The notes beneath the pieces were generated by a model. It was not told the origin of the DNA. It did not search any database and saw only the letters and a list, made by a program, of their open reading frames with translations. The position numbers and the translations under genes were made by a program. Below are positions 7,828-18,083 of a stretch of 36,619 nucleotides of DNA, in pieces. The DNA lies in the sequence record SRR20825006_3046. One strand, written 5' to 3'. How positions within the stretch are numbered: the stretch's first letter is position 1; each line of letters opens with the position of its first letter.

Positions 7828-9549
7828 ATGTCGATCCGTGCTGCCCAATCTGCTGCGTTCAGCGCATTGCAATCAAGCCAGACCGGGATTGCTGTATCTT
7901 CGAACAACATCGCGAATGCGTCGGTCGAAGGATACACAACCAAGTCGACCAGTCTGGCCAGCAATATCAGCGGTGGTTCGGCTGTGGGCGTTTCGGTCAC
8001 TTCGGTGGGATCAAGCGTTGACAGTTATCTGATCAAAGCGATTAACGAAGCCGCGTCGGAAAGTGGGTATGCATCCGTGTTTGCCGACCCGCTTGAGATT
8101 GTTTCAAGCAATTTCGGATCGGTTGGAGATGATGACGCAATTTCTACCCTGATCACCGACCTTGAAACATCAATCGCATCCCTTGCTGTCAGTGCAGACA
8201 GCCAGTCGGCCAAGTCGCTTGTTCTGACCGATGCAGAGCAGATTGCAAGCGAGCTTAACAGCCTTTCGGCAAGTGTTCAGGATCAGCGTGCGTCTGCCGA
8301 TCAGTCGATCGAAGATACCGTTGATCAGATCAATTCTTTGTTGAATGAGATTCAGTCCTACAACGAGCAGCTTACCGGAACGGATGGTACAACGCTGGCT
8401 TCCAGCGAGATTGAAGATGCGCGTGCGGTCGCCATCCAGGAACTGTCTGAACTGGTTGATGTGTCCTATTACACCAATTCATCCAACCAGACGCAGATCT
8501 ATATCGGCGGGACGCTTGTGGTTGGTAGTCAGGTGCAGGAACTTGAATATAACGCGGTTGGTACGGTAAATGCCGACACGGTGTTTGGCGAAATCACCGT
8601 GAATGGTAATTCGATCACGGATGATGTCAGCGGTGGCGCGCTGGGAGGACTGATTGAACTTCGTGATGAAACCCTACCTGCCATTCAGGATGAACTTGAT
8701 GCCCTTGCCGTGGCTCTGATGGACAGCGTCAATGCCGTGACCAATCTTGGCACGTCCTATCCCGGCCCGAACGAGCTAACATCAAGCGAGACAACGGCGC
8801 TGACAGATTCCTTTTCCGGAACCGGCACCGTTCGGTTGGTGGCGACGGATGAGGATGGCAATGCGGTTGAAATTCTTGATATCGATCTGACTACGGTGAC
8901 GACGGTTCAAGATCTGGTTGATCAGATCAATGGATCAACAAACATGAGTGCTACGGTAAATGCGGATGGCACTTTAACCATCGCCAGCACGGATGATGAT
9001 TACGGTGTATCGATCATCAATATGGATGCCGAGATTGGTGCGGATGCGCAGGGATTGTCGGATTATTTCGGTCTGAACGACATGTTCACTGGAACCGGTG
9101 CCGATGATATTTCGGTTAATAGCGCGTGGCTGGCCGATTCCAGTCTGGTGCCAACCGGATCGGGATCGGACGACGCGACTCTTGCCGTTGGCGATAGCGT
9201 GATTTCGTCGGGAAGCTCGGATGTGGCCGAGGCATTGGCCAATGTTTTTGATACCAATGTCAGTTTCGATGCGGCCGGGAACCTTGGCAGTACCAAAACG
9301 ACGCTTTCGGATTATGCATCAGAAATACTGTCTGATGTTGCCCAGCAGGCTTCGACTGCCGAAACCAAGGCCAGTGTTGCGAGCACCGCGTTTAGCGATC
9401 TGGTTGAGAGTTTTTCCAATCAATACGGGGTTAATACTGACGAAGAGGCTCTGACATTGGCCAATCTTGAAAGTGCCTACGAAGCGGCCGCAGCGGTCCT
9501 GGAGATCACGCAGTCTCTGATGGACACGTTGCTTGAAGCTGTCCGGTAA
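7828..9549 (+). CDS. flgK: Hook-associated protein 1, highly acidic
   Basis: SNNIANASVEGY, GGALGGLIELRD, GVNTDEE, AYEAAA. Confidence 0.92.
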   Translation: MSIRAAQSAAFSALQSSQTGIAVSSNNIANASVEGYTTKSTSLASNISGGSAVGVSVTSVGSSVDSYLIKAINEAASESGYASVFADPLEIVSSNFGSVGDDDAISTLITDLETSIASLAVSADSQSAKSLVLTDAEQIASELNSLSASVQDQRASADQSIEDTVDQINSLLNEIQSYNEQLTGTDGTTLASSEIEDARAVAIQELSELVDVSYYTNSSNQTQIYIGGTLVVGSQVQELEYNAVGTVNADTVFGEITVNGNSITDDVSGGALGGLIELRDETLPAIQDELDALAVALMDSVNAVTNLGTSYPGPNELTSSETTALTDSFSGTGTVRLVATDEDGNAVEILDIDLTTVTTVQDLVDQINGSTNMSATVNADGTLTIASTDDDYGVSIINMDAEIGADAQGLSDYFGLNDMFTGTGADDISVNSAWLADSSLVPTGSGSDDATLAVGDSVISSGSSDVAEALANVFDTNVSFDAAGNLGSTKTTLSDYASEILSDVAQQASTAETKASVASTAFSDLVESFSNQYGVNTDEEALTLANLESAYEAAAAVLEITQSLMDTLLEAVR

Positions 9550-9561
9550 AGGGTAAAGAAC

Positions 9562-10473
9562 ATGAGAGTTTCGACAGCCGCCATGCAGCAAAATCTGCTG
9601 AATCAGATGCGAAGTGTTCAATCACAACTTACAGATGCAACCAACCAGTCAAGTTCGGGAATGAAAGCGGACTCCTATTCCGGTGTTTCGGATAATTCCT
9701 ATGTCATCAGCACACTAAGCGCGGAAATATCGGAATCGTCTGCCTATGCCGATTTAGCAGAGCAAATTCAAAGCCGGGTCGAAATGTATTATTCGACGCT
9801 GAATGATATGGTCGATCTGATGAGCGATATGCTGGCCGATATTTCGGGCGCACTTAGCACTGGAAGTCCCGATGTTGCCGGGATTAATGAGTCCGCGACG
9901 GCAGCACTTTCCACCATGGAATCTTTGCTTAATACCCAATATGAAGACCGGTATCTGTTTGCCGGGTCGGCCACAAATACGGCACCGGTTTCTGTCGATG
10001 TGGCGGATTATCCGGCCATGACAACGCCCAGTGCAGCCGATACCAGCTATTATTCCGGCAATAGTGATATTGCATCGGCCAAGGTCGCGGATGGCACCAC
10101 CATCGAATATGGCCTTACCGCCGATCAGGAGCCGTTCGAACAGGCATTGCGGGCGTTGAACCTGACGGCATACGCATCAGCCGATCCGATTGATGAAGCC
10201 GCCCTGACCGAGGCCATGACCCTGATCGAGGGCGCGGTCGAGGGAATTGCAGATCTTCAGACCCAGGTCTCTTTGACCCAAGATGAGCTTGAGGCGATTG
10301 TTGACATGCATACCGACTTCCAACTGACCGCCGAGGGTATCGTGACCGACCTTTCCGAAGTCGACCTGGCCGAGGCCATGGTGAATCTTGAAACCCTGTC
10401 AGTACAGCTTGAGGCATCCTATTCGGTCGCCGGTCAAATCGTTGATATGTCGCTGTTTGAATATTTGCGCTGA
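9562..10473 (+). CDS. flgL: Hook-associated protein 3, highly acidic
   Basis: MRVST, SSGMK, LNTQYEDRYLFAG, VDLAEA, LEASY, SLFEYL. Confidence 0.9.
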   Translation: MRVSTAAMQQNLLNQMRSVQSQLTDATNQSSSGMKADSYSGVSDNSYVISTLSAEISESSAYADLAEQIQSRVEMYYSTLNDMVDLMSDMLADISGALSTGSPDVAGINESATAALSTMESLLNTQYEDRYLFAGSATNTAPVSVDVADYPAMTTPSAADTSYYSGNSDIASAKVADGTTIEYGLTADQEPFEQALRALNLTAYASADPIDEAALTEAMTLIEGAVEGIADLQTQVSLTQDELEAIVDMHTDFQLTAEGIVTDLSEVDLAEAMVNLETLSVQLEASYSVAGQIVDMSLFEYLR

Positions 10474-10676
10474 ATTTACCATATCGGATCTTAGTTTGGT
10501 TGCTGGTTGTGACGGTCGATAAAGGCCTCATACCTGCATGACGCTTGCGAAACGCTTGCAGTTATAGCCGAGCGCCATGAGCTGCCACTCAGCCTTGACA
10601 TTTCTGATGCCGCGCACGTGGAAACGGGTGAAGCCGAGGGGGCGGATCTGATAATGTCGAGTACGGGTTCGGTGGT

Positions 10677-10880
10677 CTATTTTCGTTTCCTGTATTCGGT
10701 TTTTGCTGGGGGCGGCTCGATCTTGCGCGTTTCAAGGAGACGATCTGATCCAGTGTCATCCTTGCAATCCTGTGCCGCCCGGCTTGCGCCAAGCAGGATC
10801 GCGGTTGCGCATAGTCCTGTACCCAAAAGGATCAGGACATGACCGATATGGTGCGAAAGGTTTTGAAAACGCATCATCAT
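10677..10880 (-). CDS. Possible small membrane-anchored protein (67 aa)
   Basis: Co-oriented just downstream of the outer-membrane channel gene; hydrophobic segment VLILLGTGLCATAILLGA; no good RBS. Confidence 0.25.
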   Translation of the reverse strand: MMMRFQNLSHHIGHVLILLGTGLCATAILLGASRAAQDCKDDTGSDRLLETRKIEPPPAKTEYRKRK

Positions 10881-10903
10881 GTTTTTGTGTGTGACAGTTG
10901 CTG

Positions 10904-12340
10904 TCAGGCGGCTGTGGTGTCCGGTGCCGGGTTGGTTTGGGCATTGGCAGGTGTCGCATCGCCGCCCAATGCCTGATAGAGCGTGATCAGGTTGGTAATG
11001 CGATCAAGCTGATTTGAAAGAACAGCTTCTTCGGCGGTGCGTCTGGTTTCCTGCGCGTCCAGCCAATCCTGCATGGCGACTGCACCGGACCGGAACCGGG
11101 TTTCGTAAATCCGTTCGGCATTGCGTGCGGCGTCAAGTGCGGCTTCAAGCCGGGCGGCACGGCGATCATATTGTGTGCGGGCTGAAAGCGCGTTTTCAAC
11201 GTCGCTCATGGCTTCGTAAGCCGTTTGGCGGAATTCGGCGATGGCCTGTTCATATTCGGCTTCGGATACCTTGATATTAAGCTGTCCCTCGTTCCAGTTC
11301 AGGAAAGGCAGGGCAAGGCTGGCGCCCAATGTGCCAATCGGGTTTTGCAACAGATTGCGCAACTGGTCGCTGCTGGTGCCCAATTCCCCCGTCAGGGTCA
11401 GGGTCGGTAGCAAACTGGTTTTGACCGAATTCAAATCCGAAACGCTTTCCTTAAGGCGCAATTCAGCCGCCCGTACGTCCGGGCGACGCGACAGCAATTC
11501 CGATGGCAGACCCGCCGCCACATCGGGCAGGGCACCGGACGGTAATGTCATGCGCGGAATTTCAATATCACCCGGTGCGCGGTCAAACAGGATCGATAGC
11601 GCGTTTTTGGTTTCCGTTAGACTTTGTTCGATCTGGGTATAATCGGCCAACTGGCTTTCAAGGTTCTGGCGGGCTTCGAACAGTTCCAGTGACGATGTCG
11701 AACCGGACGCATATTGAACATCGACCAGATCAAGGGTCTGCTGGGCGTAATCGATACTGGCCTGGGCGATATCCAGGCGTTGCTGATAGTAAACCGCCTG
11801 CCAGTAAAGGGTGGCGGTGGTCCCGATCAGCGATAATGCCGTGCTTTCACGATCTTCAAGGGTCGCCAGTGCTTCCCAGCGGGCGGCATCGTAATCATGG
11901 CCAAGCTTGCCCCAAAGGTCGAGCTCGTAACTGATTCCGGCATTGGTGCCAAAGCTTCGCGTACTGCCATTATCCTCGTCCAGATCGCGCGAAACCGATG
12001 CATCTGCTCCACCGGAGAAATCGGGGTAAAGGTCATCTTCGGCAAGGCCCGCGGTCAATTGTGCCTTGCGGACTTTGATGGTGGCCGCCGCCAGGTCGTT
12101 ATTGCGTTCAAGCGCACGGGCGACAAGTTCATCAAGCTGGTCATCGCCGAAATTCTGCCACCAGTTTTGCGAGGCGGTGATGGTTGCTGCGTTGCTGTTG
12201 TCCGATGCGGTGGCGGCTCCGTTCCAGCCGTTTTCCGACGTAATATCCGGACGGGAATAGCGGGTTTCGTTCAGGCTGCTGCACCCTGCAAGTGCCATCA
12301 TCGAAAGGATGGTTCCGGTCTTTAAAATCCGTGTGATCAT
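10904..12340 (-). CDS. Outer-membrane efflux lipoprotein (NodT/OprM/TolC family)
   Basis: Lipobox ALAGC, WWQNFGD, SYELDLWG, PSELLSRRPDV, LYQALGG. Confidence 0.93.
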   Translation of the reverse strand: MITRILKTGTILSMMALAGCSSLNETRYSRPDITSENGWNGAATASDNSNAATITASQNWWQNFGDDQLDELVARALERNNDLAAATIKVRKAQLTAGLAEDDLYPDFSGGADASVSRDLDEDNGSTRSFGTNAGISYELDLWGKLGHDYDAARWEALATLEDRESTALSLIGTTATLYWQAVYYQQRLDIAQASIDYAQQTLDLVDVQYASGSTSSLELFEARQNLESQLADYTQIEQSLTETKNALSILFDRAPGDIEIPRMTLPSGALPDVAAGLPSELLSRRPDVRAAELRLKESVSDLNSVKTSLLPTLTLTGELGTSSDQLRNLLQNPIGTLGASLALPFLNWNEGQLNIKVSEAEYEQAIAEFRQTAYEAMSDVENALSARTQYDRRAARLEAALDAARNAERIYETRFRSGAVAMQDWLDAQETRRTAEEAVLSNQLDRITNLITLYQALGGDATPANAQTNPAPDTTAA

Positions 12341-12354
12341 TTTTGTATTCTCCG

Positions 12355-14337
12355 TCAGTCGCGCGACAGGGCGTCGACCGGATCAAGCCGGGCGGCATTT
12401 CGGGCAGGCAGGAAGCCGAAAGCAATCCCGATCAATGTGGCGCAGGCAAAGGCTGCGACAATCGAGGTCGTCGAATAGACCATCGAAAACGAGCTTCCCA
12501 TCGCGTCAAACAGAACGCCGATGCCAAGGGCAGTCAGAACGCCAAGTGCCCCGCCAAGGATGCAGACCAGAACCGCCTCGATCAGGAATTGGCGCAGAAT
12601 GTCGCTTTGACGTGCGCCGACCGCCATCCGAACCCCGATTTCACCGGTGCGTTCTGTAACCGACACCAGCATGATATTCATAACGCCAATACCGCCAACG
12701 ATCAGGGAAATCACCGCAATTGATGAAATCAGAAGTGTCATGGTGCTGGTGGTTTTTTCGATGGTTTCACGGATGGTGTCGGTATTGATCGTGAAAAAGT
12801 CCTTTACCCCGTGCCGCTGGGTCAGAAGGGTTTCGATGTTCTGTTGGGCCAACGCGGTTTGGACTGCGTCATCAATACGGACGGTGATGCTGCTTAGGTA
12901 ATTCTGGCCGAGAATTCGGGTCAGTGCGGTGGTGTAGGGAACCCAGATATTCAGGCTGTCATTATTGCCAAAAGTGCTGTCCTTTGGCGCGGTGACACCA
13001 ATGATGCGCACCGGCACGGTGCCAAGGAAAATCACCTGCCCCAGCGGGTCTTCGCCGTTCGGGAACAGTTTTTCTCGTGTATTGTCGTCAATGACCGCGT
13101 CCTGACTGCGTTTATCGACGGCTAGGCTGTTAAACCAGATGCCGTCGGCCATTTCATAGCCGCGTACCCGGTAATAATCGGTGCCGACACCGGCAACCGC
13201 GGCATCGACTTCGATATTGCCATATCGCAGGGTGACGGTGCTTGAAACCTTGGGTGTGACGCTGTCGACATAATACTGGGTCGCCAGAATATCGGCATCG
13301 GCGGCGGTTAATGTCCTGATCTGGCTGGCATCGCGATCACCGAAATCCTTGCCGCGATTGACATCAATCGTGTTGGTCGCAATCGAACTGATATCGGCAA
13401 GGATGCGATCCTGCGACCCTTGCCCAAGGGCAACGACCGAAACCACCGATGCGATACCGATAATAATGCCGAGCATGGTTAAAAAGGTCCGCAACCGATG
13501 CGCATTCATGGCCACCAGTGCCATTTTGAATGCTTCGGTAAAGCGATCTATTTCGGCCCGGATACGCGATGCGCGGTGGGTATAGTTTTCAGCTTTTTTG
13601 CTGGCGGCGCGTTCGACAAAGGCTTGCGTCTGGCGTTCATCGCGGATGATTTCGCCGTCGCGGATTTCAATGATGCGTTCGGCATGGGCGGCAACATCAT
13701 GATCATGGGTGACCAGAATGACGGTATGGCCGTCGCGATGCAGGTTCCGCAACAGTTCAAGCGTTTGTGCGCCGCTTTGGCTATCAAGTGCGCCGGTCGG
13801 CTCATCGGCCAAAATGACATCGCCGCCATTCATCAATGCGCGTGCGATACTGACGCGTTGCTGCTGCCCGCCGGAAAGCTGGCTGGGGCGATGATGAATG
13901 CGATCCCCAAGTCCGACACGGGTCAGGATATCCATTGCACGGTCGCGCCGGGTTTCGGCGTCAAAACCGGCATAAATTGACGGCACTTCGACATTGCCAA
14001 GTGCGCTTAGATCCGACAGCAAATGATAGCGTTGAAAGATAAATCCGAAATATTCGCGCCGAAGGGCGGCCAGTTCATCTGGTTCCAGATCGCCGGTCAG
14101 GCGGCCATTAACCCGGTATTCCCCGCCAGTTGGTCGGTCAAGACAACCCAGAATATTCATCAGCGTCGATTTGCCCGATCCGGACGCGCCAATGATCGCA
14201 ACCATTTCGCCGCGTTCAATCGTCAGGTTGACACCCTTTAACACGGCAATGCGATCCTCGCCCGCCGGGTAGTGCCGCCACAGATCGCGGATTTCGATCA
14301 GCGGGGTGTTAACCGTGTTTCTCGCTATCTGGTTCAT
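12355..14337 (-). CDS. macB: MacB-type ABC efflux ATPase/permease
   Basis: [49 protein letters not shown]. Confidence 0.95.
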   Translation of the reverse strand: MNQIARNTVNTPLIEIRDLWRHYPAGEDRIAVLKGVNLTIERGEMVAIIGASGSGKSTLMNILGCLDRPTGGEYRVNGRLTGDLEPDELAALRREYFGFIFQRYHLLSDLSALGNVEVPSIYAGFDAETRRDRAMDILTRVGLGDRIHHRPSQLSGGQQQRVSIARALMNGGDVILADEPTGALDSQSGAQTLELLRNLHRDGHTVILVTHDHDVAAHAERIIEIRDGEIIRDERQTQAFVERAASKKAENYTHRASRIRAEIDRFTEAFKMALVAMNAHRLRTFLTMLGIIIGIASVVSVVALGQGSQDRILADISSIATNTIDVNRGKDFGDRDASQIRTLTAADADILATQYYVDSVTPKVSSTVTLRYGNIEVDAAVAGVGTDYYRVRGYEMADGIWFNSLAVDKRSQDAVIDDNTREKLFPNGEDPLGQVIFLGTVPVRIIGVTAPKDSTFGNNDSLNIWVPYTTALTRILGQNYLSSITVRIDDAVQTALAQQNIETLLTQRHGVKDFFTINTDTIRETIEKTTSTMTLLISSIAVISLIVGGIGVMNIMLVSVTERTGEIGVRMAVGARQSDILRQFLIEAVLVCILGGALGVLTALGIGVLFDAMGSSFSMVYSTTSIVAAFACATLIGIAFGFLPARNAARLDPVDALSRD

Positions 14338-14339
14338 GA

Positions 14340-15524
14340 TCAGAACATCCCCCCCGGGCCGCGACGTATGGACTGGCTGGTTGCGACTGCGCCACTGGTC
14401 GCGCCAATGACAATGTCGTCATTTTCGGAAATGCCACTGATGATCTGGGCGTTGATATTGGTGTTCATGCCAACTGTGACCGGTTTTTCAACCGGGGCGC
14501 CTTCGTCATCAAGAACCCGAACGGTATATTGCCCGTCCTTGTTCGGGCCACTCAGCGCGGCGGACGGTACGATCAGGGCATTTTCCACTTCGTTTAACGT
14601 GATGGTGACTTCGGCCGTCATCCAGACACGCAGGCGGTGGTCCGGATTGGCGATGTCAAACAGGCCATTATAATAAACCGCCTCGTCGTCGGTGTTGTCG
14701 TCGTCATCCTCGATCCCGGTCGGGGCCGGTTCGATGGCGCGAAGCGTGCTTTCATATTGCGTGTCGGGATCGCCCAGAATGGTGAAGCTGACCGGTTGGC
14801 CTTCGCGGACGCGGATGACATCGGCCTCGGATATTTCAGCCTCGACCGTCATGGTATCAAGCTGTGCGAGTTTTATGATGGTCGGGGTGGATTGGGCGGC
14901 GTTGACGGTCTGGCCTTCCTTGACTGGCAGGGCAACAACTGTACCGTCCATGGGGGCCAGGATTTTGGTATATCCAAGATCGATTTCGGCGGTATCAACG
15001 GCGATTTTTGCCTGATCAATTTGCGCATTGAGCGCTGCGATTTCAGACTTGGTCACATTTAGGGTTGCCTCGGCGCTTTCGAAATCTTCCTGAGGCGAGG
15101 CATCAAGCGCACGCATATTTTTCTGCCGCGCATAATCAAGTTCCGCCTGTTTCAGTTCGGCCTGTTTGGCGGCAAGTTGTGCCTTGATGTTGGCAAGGGC
15201 GGCCTCGGCATCGCGCAAATCGTTCTGCTGGGTCGATGGATCGATTTCTGCAATCAGATCTCCTTCCTTGATTTCATCACCGAGATCGACATGCAGTGCC
15301 TTGATCTGCCCTGATACCTGTGCGCCAACACTGACCAGTTTGGAGGCGGTGATGGTGCCACTTGCCAGTACCGTATCGGCAAGATTGCCGATACGGGGTT
15401 TGGCGGTCACATAACTGGTTTTGGCTTCGGACGGGAACAGATAGGCCTGTGCCATCCATCCTGCCGCCAATATGACGATCAGGGCGATGACAAGGTTGCG
15501 TGCGGTCCTGGATGATTTCTTCAT
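14340..15524 (-). CDS. macA: MacA-type periplasmic adaptor
   Basis: [34 protein letters not shown]; start trimmed to MKKSS (15524) ahead of the TM helix. Confidence 0.93.
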   Translation of the reverse strand: MKKSSRTARNLVIALIVILAAGWMAQAYLFPSEAKTSYVTAKPRIGNLADTVLASGTITASKLVSVGAQVSGQIKALHVDLGDEIKEGDLIAEIDPSTQQNDLRDAEAALANIKAQLAAKQAELKQAELDYARQKNMRALDASPQEDFESAEATLNVTKSEIAALNAQIDQAKIAVDTAEIDLGYTKILAPMDGTVVALPVKEGQTVNAAQSTPTIIKLAQLDTMTVEAEISEADVIRVREGQPVSFTILGDPDTQYESTLRAIEPAPTGIEDDDDNTDDEAVYYNGLFDIANPDHRLRVWMTAEVTITLNEVENALIVPSAALSGPNKDGQYTVRVLDDEGAPVEKPVTVGMNTNINAQIISGISENDDIVIGATSGAVATSQSIRRGPGGMF

Positions 15525-15640
15525 CGTGCTTTCATGTCCTTGGATGAGACGCGCCCGACGTTGAAAGGCAATTGAGCCGTCGGGCATACCAGACATAGCA
15601 ACCCCTTTGTCAGAACGGGGTGAGGGGGATGAAAATGATC

Positions 15641-15657
15641 TGTAAGGAATGTGTAAA
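15641..15657. promoter_or_regulatory. Tandem direct repeat, likely OmpR/CpxR-family binding site
   Basis: TGTAAG and TGTAAA spaced 11 bp apart in the divergent macA / regulator intergenic region. Confidence 0.55.
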
Positions 15658-15747
15658 GTCTGGCATCCACGCCTTTCGTTAGGCGGTTTAAGCGCTAGAA
15701 TGTCATCATGAACAGGAATTAACCCGCATTTGAAAGACCCGTTGCCC

Positions 15748-16458
15748 GTGACCAGAATTCTGCTTGTTGATGATGATGTCGAACTCGGCGCGATGCTGGG
15801 CGAATATCTTGAAGGCGAGGGGTTCGAAATAGCCAACGCCTATAACGGCGAGGATGGCCTGCGCATGGCGCTGGGTGGCGGGTTTTCCGTTGTGTTGCTT
15901 GATATCATGATGCCGGGCATAGGCGGAATTGAAGTACTGCGCGAATTGCGCACCAAAAGCCGGGTGCCGGTGATCATGCTGACCGCCAAGGGTGACGATG
16001 TCGACCGGGTTGTCGGGTTGGAACTTGGTGCCGATGATTACATCCCCAAGCCATACTATCCACGCGAACTGGTGGCTCGCATTCGTGCCGTCCTGCGCCG
16101 CGTTGAACCGATTGCCGAGGTGCGCCGCGATACGAGTGACTCTAATATGGACGATGAAGTCGTTCTGGGAAAATTGCGACTGAATACTGCGCGCCGGGTG
16201 GCACAGTTTGATGGTCGCGACTTGGACCTGACGGTATCGGAATTCAATCTTCTGGAAGTTCTGATGCGTGCGCGGGAACGTGCCTTATCGAAGAACGAGC
16301 TTTCAATGAAGGTATTGGGACGCACACGCGAGGTTTATGATCGTTCGATTGATGTGCATATGAGCAACCTTCGACAGAAATTGCAATCCGTCAGCAATGA
16401 TGCCGGTTTGATTGAAACCGTGCGCGGTTTTGGCTATCGCCTGAGGCAGGACATATGA
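15748..16458 (+). CDS. OmpR-family response regulator (CpxR-like)
   Basis: LLVDDD, LLDIMMP, GLELGADDYIPKP, DRSIDVH, TVRGFGY; start GTG 15748 or TTG 15730. Confidence 0.93.
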   Translation: MTRILLVDDDVELGAMLGEYLEGEGFEIANAYNGEDGLRMALGGGFSVVLLDIMMPGIGGIEVLRELRTKSRVPVIMLTAKGDDVDRVVGLELGADDYIPKPYYPRELVARIRAVLRRVEPIAEVRRDTSDSNMDDEVVLGKLRLNTARRVAQFDGRDLDLTVSEFNLLEVLMRARERALSKNELSMKVLGRTREVYDRSIDVHMSNLRQKLQSVSNDAGLIETVRGFGYRLRQDI

Positions 16459-17834
16459 GAGGCCGGTTATTCTGGAAAATCCTGATCGGTTTTGCGTTGA
16501 CCTTTATGGCAATCTGGCAGGGCGTGTGGCTTTTATTCACACTGTATGGCGATCCGCCCAAGCCCTATCATGTCGGATATCTTCAGGAAATCGCACGCGG
16601 TTATGTCGAAACCGCGGCCCGCATCGTCGAGGCAGAAGGCATTGGTGCACTAGAAAAAGCGATTGCCCATTGGCCCGAAGATGAACGCATACGTCTTAGC
16701 ATCGAGCCTGATGCAAATCGCACCGCACGGCCGGTGCCTGATTTTATTCCCGAAGAGCGGTTCGAGGAAATCCGCGAAAACGGATTTCTGTCGCGTGATG
16801 CGGTCAGCCCGGTCGGATTGCTGGTACATCTGAAATTTGATGTGTCCGATATCGTTGCCTCTATCCCGGAACGGAGGCGGTTCAATGTTCCGACACCGTT
16901 GGTGATTGCGGGTGTTCTGGGAGGGCTGGTGTTTAGCGGTGTTTTGGCCTGGTACCTGACACGCCCGATCCGGCAGCTTCAGGAGGGGTTCGAACGACTT
17001 TCGAATGGTGATCTGACATGGCGGCTAGGCGAAAAGATTGGACGCAGGCGTGACGAGATTGCCGATCTGGCGCGTGACTTCGATGTGATGGCCGTGCGGT
17101 TGCAGCAGTTGATCGAGGCCCGCGACCGCCTACTAAACGACGTATCACATGAACTGCGATCCCCGCTGGCGCGGATGCAATTGGCCGTCGGGCTGGCGCG
17201 TCAGAAACCGGAACGGATCGAAGGATCACTTGACCGGATTGAAAAAGAAACCATTCGGCTGGATGAATTGGTCGGAGAACTTCTGACCCTGTCACGGGCC
17301 GAAAGCGGTGCCAGCCAGAACCAGACATGGCTTGATATCGACCATCTTCTGGGCCGGGTTGTTAGTGATGCCCGGTTTGAGGCCGAGGCAACCGGGATCA
17401 AGGTCCAGACCAATCTTGCCATCAAACGCAACTGGCATGGTGAAGTGCCGGTGGTGGCGGGCAATGCTGAACTTTTGCGGCGGGCCTTTGAAAATGTAGT
17501 GCGCAATGCCTTGCGCCATTCACGCGAAGGCCAGCTGGTGCGGATTTCTTCCGAAGCAGATGCCGATCGCAATGTGTTCTGCATCACCATATCCGATCAG
17601 GGGCCGGGTATTCCGGCTGAGCAGCTTGAAAATATGTTCGAACCGTTTATCCGCGGGGAGCCCGGGATAAACGGTGCCGGCTTTGGCTTGGGGCTCTCGA
17701 TTGCGCGGCGTGCAATCAAGGCACATGGCGGTGAAATCGCCATTCGAAACCGTGATGGCGGTGGCCTGGATGTTTTGATTACCCTGCCATTTTCCAATTT
17801 TGTAGACCCTAATGTGTTTGGCTCTGCAATTTGA
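16455..17834 (+). CDS. Sensor histidine kinase (CpxA-like)
   Basis: Two TM helices, HAMP (RRRDEI), SHELRSPL, ENVVRNA, DQGPG, GFGLGL. Confidence 0.93.
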   Translation: MRGRLFWKILIGFALTFMAIWQGVWLLFTLYGDPPKPYHVGYLQEIARGYVETAARIVEAEGIGALEKAIAHWPEDERIRLSIEPDANRTARPVPDFIPEERFEEIRENGFLSRDAVSPVGLLVHLKFDVSDIVASIPERRRFNVPTPLVIAGVLGGLVFSGVLAWYLTRPIRQLQEGFERLSNGDLTWRLGEKIGRRRDEIADLARDFDVMAVRLQQLIEARDRLLNDVSHELRSPLARMQLAVGLARQKPERIEGSLDRIEKETIRLDELVGELLTLSRAESGASQNQTWLDIDHLLGRVVSDARFEAEATGIKVQTNLAIKRNWHGEVPVVAGNAELLRRAFENVVRNALRHSREGQLVRISSEADADRNVFCITISDQGPGIPAEQLENMFEPFIRGEPGINGAGFGLGLSIARRAIKAHGGEIAIRNRDGGGLDVLITLPFSNFVDPNVFGSAI

Positions 17835-17938
17835 AGGCTGTCTTATGTTGGTTGGGTATCATACGGAGGAAAGGGCTTGGCAGTAAATAAGTTAGGCTCT
17901 AATGGTGATTGGCGTAGATGAGTATACTTCGGTGCGCG

Positions 17939-17950
17939 TCCCCGCAACCA
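17939..17950 (+). repeat. Initiator tRNA-Met 3'-end fragment, copy 1 (att-like)
   Basis: TCCCCGCAACCA followed by a terminator hairpin; no tRNA body upstream. Confidence 0.55.
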
Positions 17951-17955
17951 ACTTT

Positions 17956-17986
17956 AAGAAAGCCTGCCCTCGTGGCGGGCTTTTTT
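17956..17986. terminator. Intrinsic terminator, possibly bidirectional
   Basis: AAGAAAGCCTGCC-CTCGT-GGCGGGCTTTTTT. Confidence 0.75.
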
Positions 17987-18083
17987 AATGTCTGGTAGGT
18001 GGGAGCGGTCATTTTTAGCCTCTTGTTCAAACCAAGCAAAGCATCGCTTTGCGCCGGTTCAGCGTAGCGCAATGCGCGTAGCT

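Noticed and set aside
5339-9549. DxDG turns (TDEDGN, FDGDGN, VNADGT) as EF-hand-like calcium sites
   Set aside because: Such beta-hairpin turns are common in ordinary hook proteins; not enough evidence alone.
263-10473. Acidity explained by whole-proteome halophilic adaptation
   Set aside because: Neighbouring enzymes and regulators have ordinary K/R content and FliS is basic.
10513-10842. Protein-like plus-strand frame after flgL
   Set aside because: No convincing start, RBS or family resemblance.
15525-15836. 104-aa N-terminal extension of MacA in the ORF track
   Set aside because: Runs through the divergent promoter into the regulator gene; the real start is at 15524.
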